Assembly: GCA_951406725.2 (NCBI GenBank)
Contig: OX597818.1
Span: forward strand, 132,060,001 to 132,124,000
Length of the DNA stretch: 64,000 nt
Direction: 5' to 3'
Source: Octopus vulgaris
Taxonomy: Eukaryota
The notes beneath the pieces are model-generated. The model saw only the letters and a program-made list of their open reading frames with translations. It made no database searches and was not told where the DNA came from. The translations under genes and the position numbers were made by a program. Of this stretch, positions 1-11,499 are shown one piece after another; the stretch's first letter is position 1; every line of letters starts with the position of its first letter.

Positions 1-129
1 TCTTTTTGAGGAGTTAATAAAATAAGATATTAGTCATGTACTAGGATTGATAGTACCAACTAACTCCTCCCCTTAAAGTTATTGACCTTGTGCCTAAACC
101 AAAAATTCTTCTTCTTCTTCTTCTTCTTC

Positions 130-184
<55 letters not shown>

Positions 185-185
<1 letters not shown>

Positions 186-365
186 GAGTGAGAGACCAGT
201 TCATGCCATCAAAGTGACACCGGGGTAAAATATACGAAGCCCAATATACCCATCATGACTACCCGTCTGATAAGGGTATTATTATTATTATTATCATTAT
301 TATTATTATTATTACTGTTATTGAGTGAGAGAGCAATGCATGGTACCAAAGTGACACTAGGATAT
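185..365 (-). mobile_element. Two short related inserts in a (TTA)n tract; probable 3' ends of a non-LTR retroelement with (TAA)n tail
   Basis: gagtgagagaccagttcatgccatcaaagtgacac (about 186) and gagtgagagagcaatgcatggtaccaaagtgacac (about 323) are related, and each directly abuts TTA repeats. Confidence 0.5.
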
Positions 366-1284
366 TATTATCATCATTATCATCATCATTATTATGGTTG
401 TGTTCCTATAATGTCTTCCCTCCATCTCACTTGTGGAAAATAAGGAAATGATTATTATTACTATTATGGGCAGAAATGATATTATTACTATTATGGGCTT
501 GATGATACTTTGTTATATTTTTCCTTTTACATTCTCTGTTCAAATCCTTGTTCATGGGGAAGATATCTACTTTTAGCCTTCCAGAGTCAATAAATTAAGT
601 ACCACTCAAGTAGTAGACTCAAATATTCTTCCAATAAAATGTGTGGACTTGTGCCTATGTTAGAAATTATTCGTAATAGTATTGTCATTTCAGCAAAAGC
701 TGAACGTTTAAATGCTTATACCACATTGCTGACAATATCATCTGTTAATTTCCCCTCAGGCATACCTTTATTTAAATGTAGTTAGGCCTTGTAGGTTAAA
801 ATCAGTTGTTTTTTAAGATTACCTAGAGTTGAAAGTGTTAAATATTGTACTCAGTAGGAATCTTTTGAGTAATTGAAAACAAAAAAATAACAGACACAAA
901 CACAAAGATATACACAAAAGAAGAAAAAAAAAGACACAAAGAAATTAAGAAAACAATTACTGTGTTTTCTTCCTTAATGCTTCATTCCATGGTCAACAGG
1001 AGACAATTAATTGCTGTTACATCAGACATAAACATTTTCACAAATTCCATTCACAAATTTTGCCTCCAGCTAGTTTAGCATCATGTTGCTTTATCCAGTT
1101 TGGTGGTTGTATATTTTGGGGATGGTGGCTGGTAATATATGGTAGTGGTTGTCATCATGGTTATGGTGGTGGTGGTGAAATTGCTGGATTCTAATGGTGG
1201 CTGTGACACAAGAGGAAGAAGTTGGGAGCTGTAGAATTTTTTACTGTGGCAGTTTAAAAATTTTTTTTTTTGCAAATAGTGATG

Positions 1285-1495
1285 GGAGCAACACTGATAA
1301 CACATGAAAGCCAATATGTGGTTTCTCAACCTGTTAGAAATAGCAGCCAAATATCCTTTAAACCATACACAAGAACATATAGAAGAATATGGCTTTATTA
1401 CATAGGCTAAACTAAGACAGAATGGTCATAGTTGGAAGACCTTTGATCATGAGTCTCCTCAATCAGGGCTGGCCTAGAGCTAAATAATGATGAAA
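1285..1495 (+). repeat. Old dispersed repeat (family D), likely a retroelement 3' end
   Basis: The motif ctgttagaaatagcagccaaat...ctttgatcat...ctaaa is shared in degenerate form with 16325-16510 (+) and 33765-33935 (-). Confidence 0.5.
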
Positions 1496-1941
1496 ATAAT
1501 AAGCAGTGATATTCACAGTTAATAATTTGTGTTCTGTGTATATATCCTAATGACATAGTATATATAACGTTATATAAATTCTAAGCTCAATGCAATATAA
1601 ATTAGTTGCCAAAATTCCGTTTCCAGCTGTAGTTAAGTTTTTGTGTTTGCAACCATTTTTACACAGCACGACAAATTTATATTGGGGATTTCTATTGTTG
1701 ATTGAATGGAATCTATTTTAACAAATTGCACTTAACTTATGTTATTGATATTAAAAGGGGCTAAAAAGTAAAGAAATCCCTGGCAGGAATTGAACATAAT
1801 CTTTGAGAGATGAATCTATATATTTTATCGTTTAACTTTTACCTGTTTCAGTCATTGGACTGCATTCATGCTGGGACAATGCCTTGAATGGTTTAGTCAA
1901 ACAATTCAAGCTTATTTTTAAGTATGCATGCACGCACACAT

Positions 1942-1992
<51 letters not shown>

Positions 1993-2154
1993 GGCTTCCA
2001 TGCAGTTTCCATCTGCTAAATTCATTCATAAAGTATTAGTTGGGTAAAGTGCCATGAAGCGGGACTGAACCTGAAACCATGTGGTTGCAAATGTTATTTT
2101 AACTAAGGGATTGGGAGGTATTTTAGATTGAATCAATACACACACACACACACA

Positions 2155-2196
<42 letters not shown>

Positions 2197-2198
<2 letters not shown>

Positions 2199-2388
2199 TA
2201 GGTCCCGGGTTGAGTCGGGGTTAACCACAGTAAATAAGGTACTCAATACATAGCAGAGTAAATTAATTTATTTTATAGGAGCTTCTACAGGACTAGAACT
2301 GTTTCATTCAAAAGAAATCATCAGGAAGCTTCCTGATGATTTCTTTTGAATGAAACAGTTCTTGTCCTGTAGAAGCTGCTTCTATAAA

Positions 2389-2394
<6 letters not shown>
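2197..2394. mobile_element. Penelope-like pseudo-LTR remnant with inverted duplication, inserted in (TA)n
   Basis: About 60-bp-arm palindrome centred on aagctt (2326-2331). Near-identical sequence occurs at 38825-38958 and 42696-42811. All three sit within TA microsatellites. Confidence 0.65.
2327..2377 (+). ncRNA. Type I hammerhead ribozyme motif (mirror copy on - strand at 2280-2330)
   Basis: agcttc-CTGATGA-t ttc tttt gaa t-GAA-ACAG ttcttgtc CTGT-A-gaagct. Stem I is 6 bp, stem III is 4 bp, cleavage triplet is GTA. Stem II is weak (3 bp with T.T closing). Confidence 0.6.
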
Positions 2395-2439
<45 letters not shown>

Positions 2440-2441
<2 letters not shown>

Positions 2442-2880
2442 TCAATTGAACCAGCCATGCTTTCCCAATCCAACTGCTGTATTTGCCTTATCTCTATAGC
2501 TTTTAACTTTGCTGTCTGATCTCCAGTTTGTGACAAAGCTTTTAATTTATTCCCTACCTCTTGTACATCATTGTTTACTGTATCTTTTACAATCCAGTTT
2601 GTTGGCTTTTACATCCACTTATTGTCATCACTTGTCTTCAAGACATTATCCTGCCCAGTTCCATTTTCCATAGTTTCATGTATTTGATAATGTTATTTAC
2701 TTTCATTTGTTTTGGGATCCATTTTGCTTTAAGGCTTTCCATGTTCAATTTGTAAGCATGTTGATCTGTTATCAGTTTGCTCATGAAGTCTTTTGTCAGA
2801 TTCTATGTCCTCGGTACCACCAGAAACTGTTTGAATTATATGTTGATAGCAAAGTCATCTTTTAAGGTTTGGAGACTGTT
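2440..2880 (-). mobile_element. Highly decayed RTE-like LINE ORF2 C-terminal remnant
   Basis: Minus strand reads K-W-N-W-A-G, then after a frameshift VLKTSDDNKWM*KPTNW, resembling the RTE-clade KWxWAGHVxR..D.RW motif. Many stops. Confidence 0.45.
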
Positions 2881-2907
2881 TGTTATATATATATATATAT
2901 ATATATA

Positions 2908-3211
2908 TTTAAGTAGACAAATGAATTATCTTATTACGGATAATTCGAAAGATAACCGATACCTGGGTAGCAAACTCACAGCAGAAAAAGCACGGTTGAA
3001 GTTACGACCATAGGGCCTAAACTCCGTGCCTTAGTGCGGAAATTTGAAGTTTAATTTAATATATTAAGTATAGGAAAGAATGGAGCTGAACGAAGATTTA
3101 ACAAAATTCCTTTATTTTATTTTCGACATATGTTTCGAAGTCTGCAAAATCCCTAAATCTGAATGAATAAGAAGTCCATTATGCAGCTTTCTCTTCAGGA
3201 AAATCCAGGAA

Positions 3212-3213
<2 letters not shown>
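2908..3213 (-). mobile_element. Penelope-like pseudo-LTR-type insert in (TA)n
   Basis: CpG-retaining unique sequence flanked by TA repeats on both sides. Contains a hammerhead motif followed directly by AATAAA on the minus strand. Confidence 0.6.
3119..3204 (-). ncRNA. Type I hammerhead ribozyme motif with palindromic stem III
   Basis: Minus strand: attttc-CTGAAGA-gaaagctgca...tgcagacttc-GAA-ACATATGT-C-gaaaat. Intact core, 6-bp stem I, GTC cleavage triplet, self-complementary ACATATGT. Confidence 0.75.
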
Positions 3214-3252
<39 letters not shown>

Positions 3253-4099
3253 ATAGTTGTACCAAATCACACTGGTCTGATTGCAAATGAGTGAACGAAA
3301 GTACTTAACTCAAGGTGGAATAGAATAATATTTATTGAAACCAGAGTCTGTATGAGTTCTTACTTGGAGTTTTATGTTCCTATGTAAAACTAAAATTCTG
3401 AGTACAAACTCAAACAGAATAAATTTTCTCTCTCACTCATTGCCTCTCTTCCTCTTTTCCTACACACTCACACGTCTCACACACACACACACGCACACAC
3501 ACACACACACGAACACACACACACACACACACAAACAAACACACACACACATGCACACACTCAGATATGTCTGTCTGTGTTTATGAGATCCTATGACTAT
3601 ATATTTATATCCATAGATATATTTCATTTCATTTCATCTAGTTTCAGCTCACAAGCTGTGGCCATGCTGGGGCACTGCCATTTAAATGTATAATGAATGA
3701 GCAATATATAATGAATGAGCAATAAATTTTTTTGTTATTCTTTCAATAGATTTTTCACTATTTCTTTCTGGTTTTGTTAAATGCATATTCATATATCACA
3801 TACATGCATTTAAACAATATTTCTTAACCTAAATTAATTAGTGACAATCTACTTTCAATTCTGTCCAGTGTATAATCTATATTGTTCCAAGTTTTATTTT
3901 TACCTCCTTTATTTTCCCATCTCTTTCAATTCCTCACTCCCCAACCAATAATTTCTGTCTCTTACTCATTCATACCTCAATGAAAGATCTAGTCATTATT
4001 TGGTGTGTGTGTGCAGCAGACACACAAACACACACACACACACACACAAACACACCAGAAATACTAACACACTCACACTTGCACTTGCACTTATGTTTT

Positions 4100-4288
4100 T
4101 TTTACTCTAGGCACAAGGCCTGAAATTTTAGGGGAGGTGGGGGCAGTTGATTAGATTGACCCCAGTATGCAACTGGTACTTAATTTATCAATCCCTAAAG
4201 GATGAAAAGCAAAGTCGACCTTGGTGGAATTTGAACTCAGAATGTAAAGACAGATGAAATACTGCTAAGCATTTCGCCCTGCATGCTC
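4100..4288 (-). mobile_element. SINE family C (tRNA-like head, Deu/Nin-like central domain)
   Basis: Minus strand has ttctgagttcaaattcc (B-box-like) then aggtcgactttgcttttcatccttt...gataaattaagtaccag and an ...ggccttgtgcctagagtaaa tail. Many homologues in the window. Confidence 0.75.
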
Positions 4289-4828
4289 AATACCTTCAGT
4301 ATATTACAGATAAAAGTCATCTGTTTGTGTAACTTATTTATACACACAGACATTTATGTCTGCTTGATTATTCACATACAAATATACAGTTGTTCACTCG
4401 CTCTCTGATATGCACACATGTGCTCATTGGTTTACACTGAGTACTGACCCCTTTTCAGCCTATTGACCACAGAACTTCACTGATGGTTGTTGAGTCCTGT
4501 CTTCTGTTAATTATTTCTTTTATCTATGTTGGGTTTACTTTAAGATCTTCCTAATGCAGGCTTTACTTCATCATTCGGAATCTCTACTCTAATTCTCTTT
4601 TGAATTTATGTGTTATTTAGTGAATCCCTTTTCTAATTCTCTCTCAGAGTATATGTGTGTTTTAGTCCACTTATGTGTGCATGTGAGTGTGCGTGTGTAT
4701 GTGTGTACACACATGTATATGTATAAATGTGGTCAAAGAGGATGCTCTAGAACAAAGCAACAAAATAAATAAAGACTTGAGTTACAGAAAGATTTATAGC
4801 ACAAATAATTAAGAAAATTAGAAAATAA

Positions 4829-5054
4829 TTAACCCTTTCGTTACCGTATTTATTTTGAGATGCTTTGTATTTCTTTCAATTAATTTTAAATATAACAAAA
4901 AATTTAGTAAAATAACTTAGTTATCATTAAGCTAGTGTTATGAACATAAATTGTGACTAAGGTTTGGTGGAAGATTTTAATTCTAAACTTATGAAAACAA
5001 GACATTTGTACTCAAGAGCCAGAGCCGGTTTCAGCCGGGTTGGTAACGAAAGGG
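4829..5054. mobile_element. piggyBac-type MITE family 1
   Basis: TTAA-ccctttcgttacc ... ggtaacgaaaggg terminal inverted repeats. The right TTAA is lost. Homologous to 32749-32979 and 55849-56076. Confidence 0.8.
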
Positions 5055-5450
5055 GAACAAATTCAACAGTGAATACTGAAATCCCCATGTTTAGCAGGTC
5101 TTAAACTTGTCCACTATTGCCTAAAGAACTACAATAAACAAGTGGGAGCAAAGAATCAAGTAATGATAGACACCTACCTGCCCACAAAAATCTTATCTGA
5201 AGTCACTGCTTAATAACACCATCTCTATACATGGCTTACATAACAACTACACAATGTTAATCTGTACTTTGTTTTCTTGGTGACCTAAACACTAGCAGGT
5301 GTGGTACCCTGTCAATGCTTTCTGCAGGTCAATTAAAGCTCACTATACTGGCTTGCTTGTCACTAACAACTTTTCCAGTATTTATTTCATTTGGAAGAGA
5401 GCAGAACAGGTGTATTTATGTATCTGTATATAATTATATATATATATATC

Positions 5451-5482
<32 letters not shown>

Positions 5483-5543
5483 TGTATGTATGTATGTATG
5501 TATGTATGTATGTATGTATGTATGTATGTATGTATATTTATAT

Positions 5544-5589
<46 letters not shown>

Positions 5590-5600
5590 ACACACATATA

Positions 5601-5977
5601 TAGGCACTGGAGTGGTTGTGTGGTAAGAAGCTTGCTTCCCAACTGCATGGTTCTGGGTTCAGTCCCACTGTGTGGCACCTTGGGCAAGTGTCTTCTACTA
5701 TAGCCTTGGGTTGACCAAAGCCTTGTGAGTGGATTTGGTAGATAGAAACTGAAAGCTGCCCATTCTATATGTATATGTTTGTGTCCCCCACCATTGCTTG
5801 ACAACCGATGTTGGTGTGCTTACATCCCCATAACTTAGCAGTTCAACCAAAGAGATTGATAGAATAAGTACTAGGCTTACAAAAAATCAGTCCTGGGATC
5901 AACTTGTTTGACTAAAAGCAGTGTTCCTGCATGGCTGCAGTCAAACGATTGAAACAAGCAAAGGAATAAAGGAATAT
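5601..5977 (+). mobile_element. SINE family A (tRNA-derived head, internal microsatellite, about 400 bp)
   Basis: A-box-like tggttgtgtggtaag, B-box-like ggttcagtccc, conserved body ccttgtgagtggatttggtagatagaaactgaaag and tail ...gaaacaagcaaaggaataaagg. Confidence 0.85.
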
Positions 5978-6029
5978 ATATGTACATATATATATATGTC
6001 TGTGTGTCTCTACATGTGTGTAAATGTGT

Positions 6030-6280
6030 GTTTGTGCTAGTATCCACTTGTTTTGACATTGGTCGATAATTGTTTGCAGGTATCACAGTCATACAGGTGA
6101 TATCTTTCAATTCCAATCTTCTGAGAAAACTTGTCTAGCTATGGAGAAATGTTACCTTATCTACAAACAGGAGAAGGTTGGCAACAGGAAGGGTATCCCA
6201 GCTAATGAAATTTTGGTTCCATGAATTTCATATGATTCATGTAAACATGGTAGAGTGGACATTAAAATGATGATGATGAT
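6030..6280 (+). mobile_element. 3' half of a SINE variant ending in the RTE-type tail with (GAT)n
   Basis: ggttggcaacaggaagggtatcc...catggtagagtggacattaaaatgatgatgat. Homologous to 11185-11425, 43745-44090 and 46470-46705 (-). Confidence 0.6.
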
Positions 6281-6333
6281 GGCATACACATATTGTACAT
6301 GTATAAATAAATGAATTAAATCATGCATGTATT

Positions 6334-6372
<39 letters not shown>

Positions 6373-6854
6373 GACTTAAATGGAAATACCCTCAAGTACT
6401 CTTCATTCCCTTCTCTGCATTCCCCCCTCCTCCCATGGGGTCGTTTATTGGTTTGACCATATCATGGTCCTACGTACACTTTTGTTGATTCTTTTGTTCT
6501 GAAACATCTGCCATGGTTAGGGAATAAAGAAAGAGATAAGTAGTAGTTATCCTTTATCATAGGAACAAGCTGAAAGATAAATCTGAACTCAGCTGGTAGT
6601 ACTTAGTAGATTCTGCTATTTATTTCTTGTTTGTTTTAACTTTGTATTATCAAAAGCCTCTAGTATTTTCATCAAAGAAGGGATTTATTATTAACATGAT
6701 GATGATCATCGTCATCATCACTATCATTATCATCTTCATTGTCATGACTGTTGTCATCATCATCGTCATCATCATCATCATCACCATCATCATCATCATG
6801 GATTGTATAATGGTTCTTAATATTGAAATCAAATTTTCTTGTTTCAATAGTGTT

Positions 6855-7022
6855 CATCATCATCATCATCATCGTTTAACGTCCGCTTTCCATGCTAGCA
6901 TGGGTTGGACGGTTCAACTGGGGTCTGGCAAGCCCAAAGGCTGCACCAGGCCAGTCAGATCTGGCAGTGTTTCTACAGCTGGATGCCCTTCCTAACGCCA
7001 ACCACTCCGAGAGTGTAGTTGG
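6855..7022 (-). mobile_element. Young 3'-end copy of RTE-associated repeat (family B) with (GAT)n tail
   Basis: Reverse complement of ...gagtggttggcgttaggaagggcatccagctgtagaaac...catggaaagcggacgttaaacgatgatgat. Confidence 0.85.
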
Positions 7023-7433
7023 TTCCTTAATGATATATTTTTACCATTGTTTTTCTTGTTTTATTGCCATTATTATTACTATTATCATTATTATCAAATA
7101 ATTAATTGATTAATTAATTAATTATAAGTTGCTGTATGCAATGAGTGATACCATATACATATACACTTACAACCTACACAATCATACAGATGCAAATACA
7201 TATATCTCTCCCGTCATCATCAACATAGTCATATATATATATATACACATATATAAAACACATGAAGATAGTGAAAAGATGAACTCGTATATAAATTATA
7301 TATAACACTCATGTATATATTGTTTCTGTCTACTAGATCCACCCACAAGAATTGGTTGATCCTGAACTATAGTAGAAGACACTTAACCAGACTATCAAAC
7401 TACTTGGTTGAGAAGTGAAACTCTTAACTGCAT

Positions 7434-7477
<44 letters not shown>

Positions 7478-7493
7478 CATATATATATATATA

Positions 7494-7685
7494 GTGACAA
7501 TTTACAAAAAATAAACAACAAAAATAGGTGTGTAAACAACAAACAGATGTATTAGTTTAACAATTGGGAAGTGAGAAAGTCTTTTACTTTTTGAGCCTAC
7601 GCTCTCTGACAGAAAGAAACACAGAAATAAGCAGAGAGAGAAAATGAAAAAAGGTTTAGTGGCTAGTGAACTATCATGGCGAATG
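7494..7685 (-). mobile_element. Penelope-like pLTR-type remnant in (TA)n with decayed hammerhead
   Basis: TA-flanked insert. Minus strand retains the stem gagc-gtag-gctc followed by aaaaagtaaaag (degenerate GAAACGTA). Layout resembles 61992-62211. Confidence 0.4.
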
Positions 7686-7810
7686 TATATATATATGTGT
7701 GTATATATATATGTATATATACATGCATATATATAGATATAGATATATATATAGATATAGATAAATATATATACATATGTATGTATATAGATATAAACAC
7801 ACACACACAG

Positions 7811-7843
<33 letters not shown>

Positions 7844-8129
7844 ATGATAAACTTACTTGGAAATGGATGCATGGCATTTAATCAAATAGGTTAAATAATC
7901 TGTATATATATGCATATATATATATATATACATATATGTGTACAGAATGTCACCAACAGTAAACAACGTGAAATACAAGACCAAACAAGACAAGTAACTT
8001 AAAGATCAACCTTCATCAGTTGTCGGCTGTCTATCTACTCCTCTGCTCAAAATATATATATATGTGTGTGTGTGTGTGTATATATATATGTATATATATG
8101 TGTGTGTATGTATATATATATATATATAT

Positions 8130-9000
8130 AAGGCAAATAAGAAAATGGAGAGGATAAACAATCAACAAACATCAGCCTGTAAACATTTAATTATATCTAT
8201 TTATTAATTGATTACAATTATATGAATAAGTAATCCAAATAAAACGAACGAAATAACCAAATAAATAAGTAAATAAATAGATAAATTAGAATAAACGAAT
8301 AAGAATAAATGATTTTGGTCTCTCTGATGAAGCCTTGTGGTTCAACCATTGTCAAACCCCTGTCCAATGTTTGTTCAACCTTTGTATAATTACTGGCATG
8401 ATGTGGCAAACTTGGAAGATTGGGCAGCCCCATGGTAGAAACGGCTGTAAGTGTTTAGTATTTGTACACTCATTTATTCTTATTTGTTTATTTTTATTTA
8501 TTTATTTATTTACTTATTTATTTATTTATTTGCTTATATCATTCGTTTATTTGGATCACTTATACATGTGATTGTAATCAATGCACGTAAAAAGCACCCA
8601 CTACACTCACGGAGTGGTTGGCGTTAGGAAGGGCATCCAGCTGTAGAAACGTTGCCAGATAAGACTGGAGCCTGGTGCAGCCTTCTGGCTTCCCAGATCC
8701 CCGGTCGAACCGTCCAACCCATGCTAGTATGGAGAACGGACGTTAAACGATGATGATGATGATGATGATGATGATGATATAATTGAATGTTTACAGGCTG
8801 ATGTTTGTCGATTGTTTAAGCTCTCCATTTTCTTATTTGCCTTATAAATCCTGGGTAAATTTCTGCTTTACTCCCACCCATACCTAGTATTCAATTGTGA
8901 TATTGCCTTGCAATAGTAAGCACTTGGATATAAATATGTAGGTATAACATCCAGTAGTATATTAGATATTTACTATCCCTTAGATGGTTACTTAACCTCT
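8130..9000 (+). mobile_element. Penelope-like remnant with long inverted arms and a central hammerhead-like motif, interrupted by a family B insertion
   Basis: 8130-8310 is the reverse complement of 8470-8580 plus 8779-8843. The spacer holds ctct-CTGATGA(8324)...GAAACGGCTGTA-agtg(8453). Confidence 0.6.
8583..8778 (+). mobile_element. Family B (RTE-associated 3' end) young copy
   Basis: gcacgtaaaaagcacccactacactcacggagtggttggcgttagg...ggacgttaaacgatgatgat; splits one arm of the surrounding inverted repeat. Confidence 0.85.
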
Positions 9001-9013
9001 AGCTCATACACAC

Positions 9014-9080
<67 letters not shown>

Positions 9081-9214
9081 CATACATATATACATATACA
9101 TATATATATACACACACACACACGTGTATTTATACATATTCACGCATACATACATATATGAGTGTGTGTGTACGTGTAAATGAAATAATATCTATATCTA
9201 TATCTATCTATCTT

Positions 9215-9247
<33 letters not shown>

Positions 9248-10179
9248 ATATATATATATATGTGTGTATGTAGGTATGTATATATATATATTTATATATA
9301 TATATATATGTATACACACATATATATATTCCACTTCATGGCACCTTGTTATCTTTTTTGTATGCCAGGTTATTTTCGCCATACTGTCAATTCCCTCAAA
9401 ATGAGACAACAATTACATCATCATCTACAGCAATGGGGAGTATTTCTTCGATACTTGGAAGCAACTCAATTGATGACTGTTTTTATCTTACAAATTACTG
9501 ACTTACTGCTGATGCGTGCATGTTAACCTTTATCAACGTGGTTATTATGTAATGGAACGATGATAACCTTATGCCGCAAATAGCTGCCATTTTGAAATAT
9601 ATATTTTGCTCAGTGTATGTTTTACTTGTTAGCAACATGCTAGTGGCTGAACGAAACAAATATTTTACAATATGCAATATCAACTAAATTTGGTGATAAT
9701 GATGGTGTGAATGATATTGTTTTTGTTAAGCATTAGTAATAGAGTTTAGTTTATTGTATGCTACAAACAAAACTTTACACCATCAATTTCTCTCAATCCT
9801 GCGCTTTCCCAATCTTGAAGTCATATGTCAATTATCAAATTAGATAAATCTCTCTGTCTCTTTCTGTCCATCTGTGTCACCTTATATTCTTTCCTCTTCA
9901 CTGTCTCTCACACTCGGACATTTCTTGTCTTTGAATCTATTTTTCTGCCTACCAGTATGGCTGTCTGTCTATCTGTATGCGTTTATGTACACACACACGC
10001 TTTTCCTCTCTTTCTCTCTCCCTCTTTCTCTCACACATCTGTCAGCTTAACGATGTCTGTTCCTCAGACCAGCCAGCCAGACAAACCAGCCTTCTACTTG
10101 TCTCTATTTCCCTCTCTTGCCAGAACCATTCTGTCATAACCATAAATTTTTGCCTGTAATTTTAATTGTTCTTATGGTT

Positions 10180-10507
10180 ATTGCATCTTTAGGTCCTACA
10201 ACACAAACACAAATGTGGAACAAGCAATTAATATTGAGAGATAATATAGATAAAGAGCTCTCTCTATTTCCAGTTTGTCTGTGTGTGTTTCTGTGTGTCT
10301 GTTAGGTTGTACCTCACCCTGACCAGAACCATTCTGATGAAACTTGACACACACATAGCCCAATGTCATAATTCAAAACTAACGCAGCGAAAATTTTGAA
10401 AAGTTCCCCCAGTTCTGAAAAAAATCGATATTGCATCTTTAGGTCCTAGACAACACAAACACAAATGTGGAACAAGCAATTAATATTGAGAGATAATATA
10501 GATAAAT
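10180..10507 (+). repeat. About 77-bp direct duplication flanking a possible Helitron/Helentron-like non-autonomous fragment
   Basis: attgcatctttaggtccta(ga)caacacaaacacaaatgtgg...atagataaa occurs at about 10180 and about 10430. The intervening sequence has gtctgtgtgt repeats and attctgatgaaacttgacacac. Confidence 0.6.
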
Positions 10508-10717
10508 AGCTGCCTATGGATGGATATACATAGATAATTCTGAGTGTACATGTGTATGTACAAAGGCACAAGAGTAGCTATGTGAGTAAGAAGCTTCTTT
10601 CCCAGCCATTTATGTTTAGGTTCAGATCACTGCATTGCACATTGGACAAGTGTCTTCAACAATAGCCTCAGGGTGATCAAAGAATTTAGAAAACAGAAAC
10701 TAAACGAAGCCCATCTG

Positions 10718-10762
<45 letters not shown>

Positions 10763-10793
10763 ATATCTGTCTGTCTGTCTATCCATCTATCTA

Positions 10794-10831
<38 letters not shown>

Positions 10832-11499
10832 CATCCATCCATCCATACATACAAGTATATGCACACACACACACACACACACGCCCAACATACATGTGTG
10901 TGTGTGTGTGTGTGTTTATTAAGTTCATAACAATTTCTTGCTCCCTTCCTTGTCATTTATTTAAACTCATACTACACGCTATACTTGACAAGCACTTATT
11001 TCTGAAGCACATACATAAGGTTATTAGTTTCAGATTTTGGCACACAATCAGCAGTTTTGGGGGAGGAGAGAGTAAGTTGATTACATCGACCCCCAGCGCT
11101 CAACTGGTACTTATTTCAGTGACCCCCAAAAGGATGAAAGTAAAATATACGTATGTGTGTGTACGCGCGTGTGTGTATTTGTGTGTATCCTTGTTTTGGT
11201 ATCATGTAATAATTGTAAATGAGCATCTTGGTCATACAAGCAACGTTATTCATTTCTAGTCTTCTACGTCTGGCTCTGGAGAAATTTTAATTTCCTTGAA
11301 AACAGGTGAAGGTTTATGAATGGAAGAGCATCTGGGTGTAAAAAATCTACTTCAACAAATTCTGTCTGATCCATGCGAGCGTACAAAACTAAATATTAAA
11401 TTATGATGATGATGATGATGATGATATGTCCATATACACTCACACATGTATATGCACACACACATATATCTAAACATGAATTTATGTAGTACATATATA

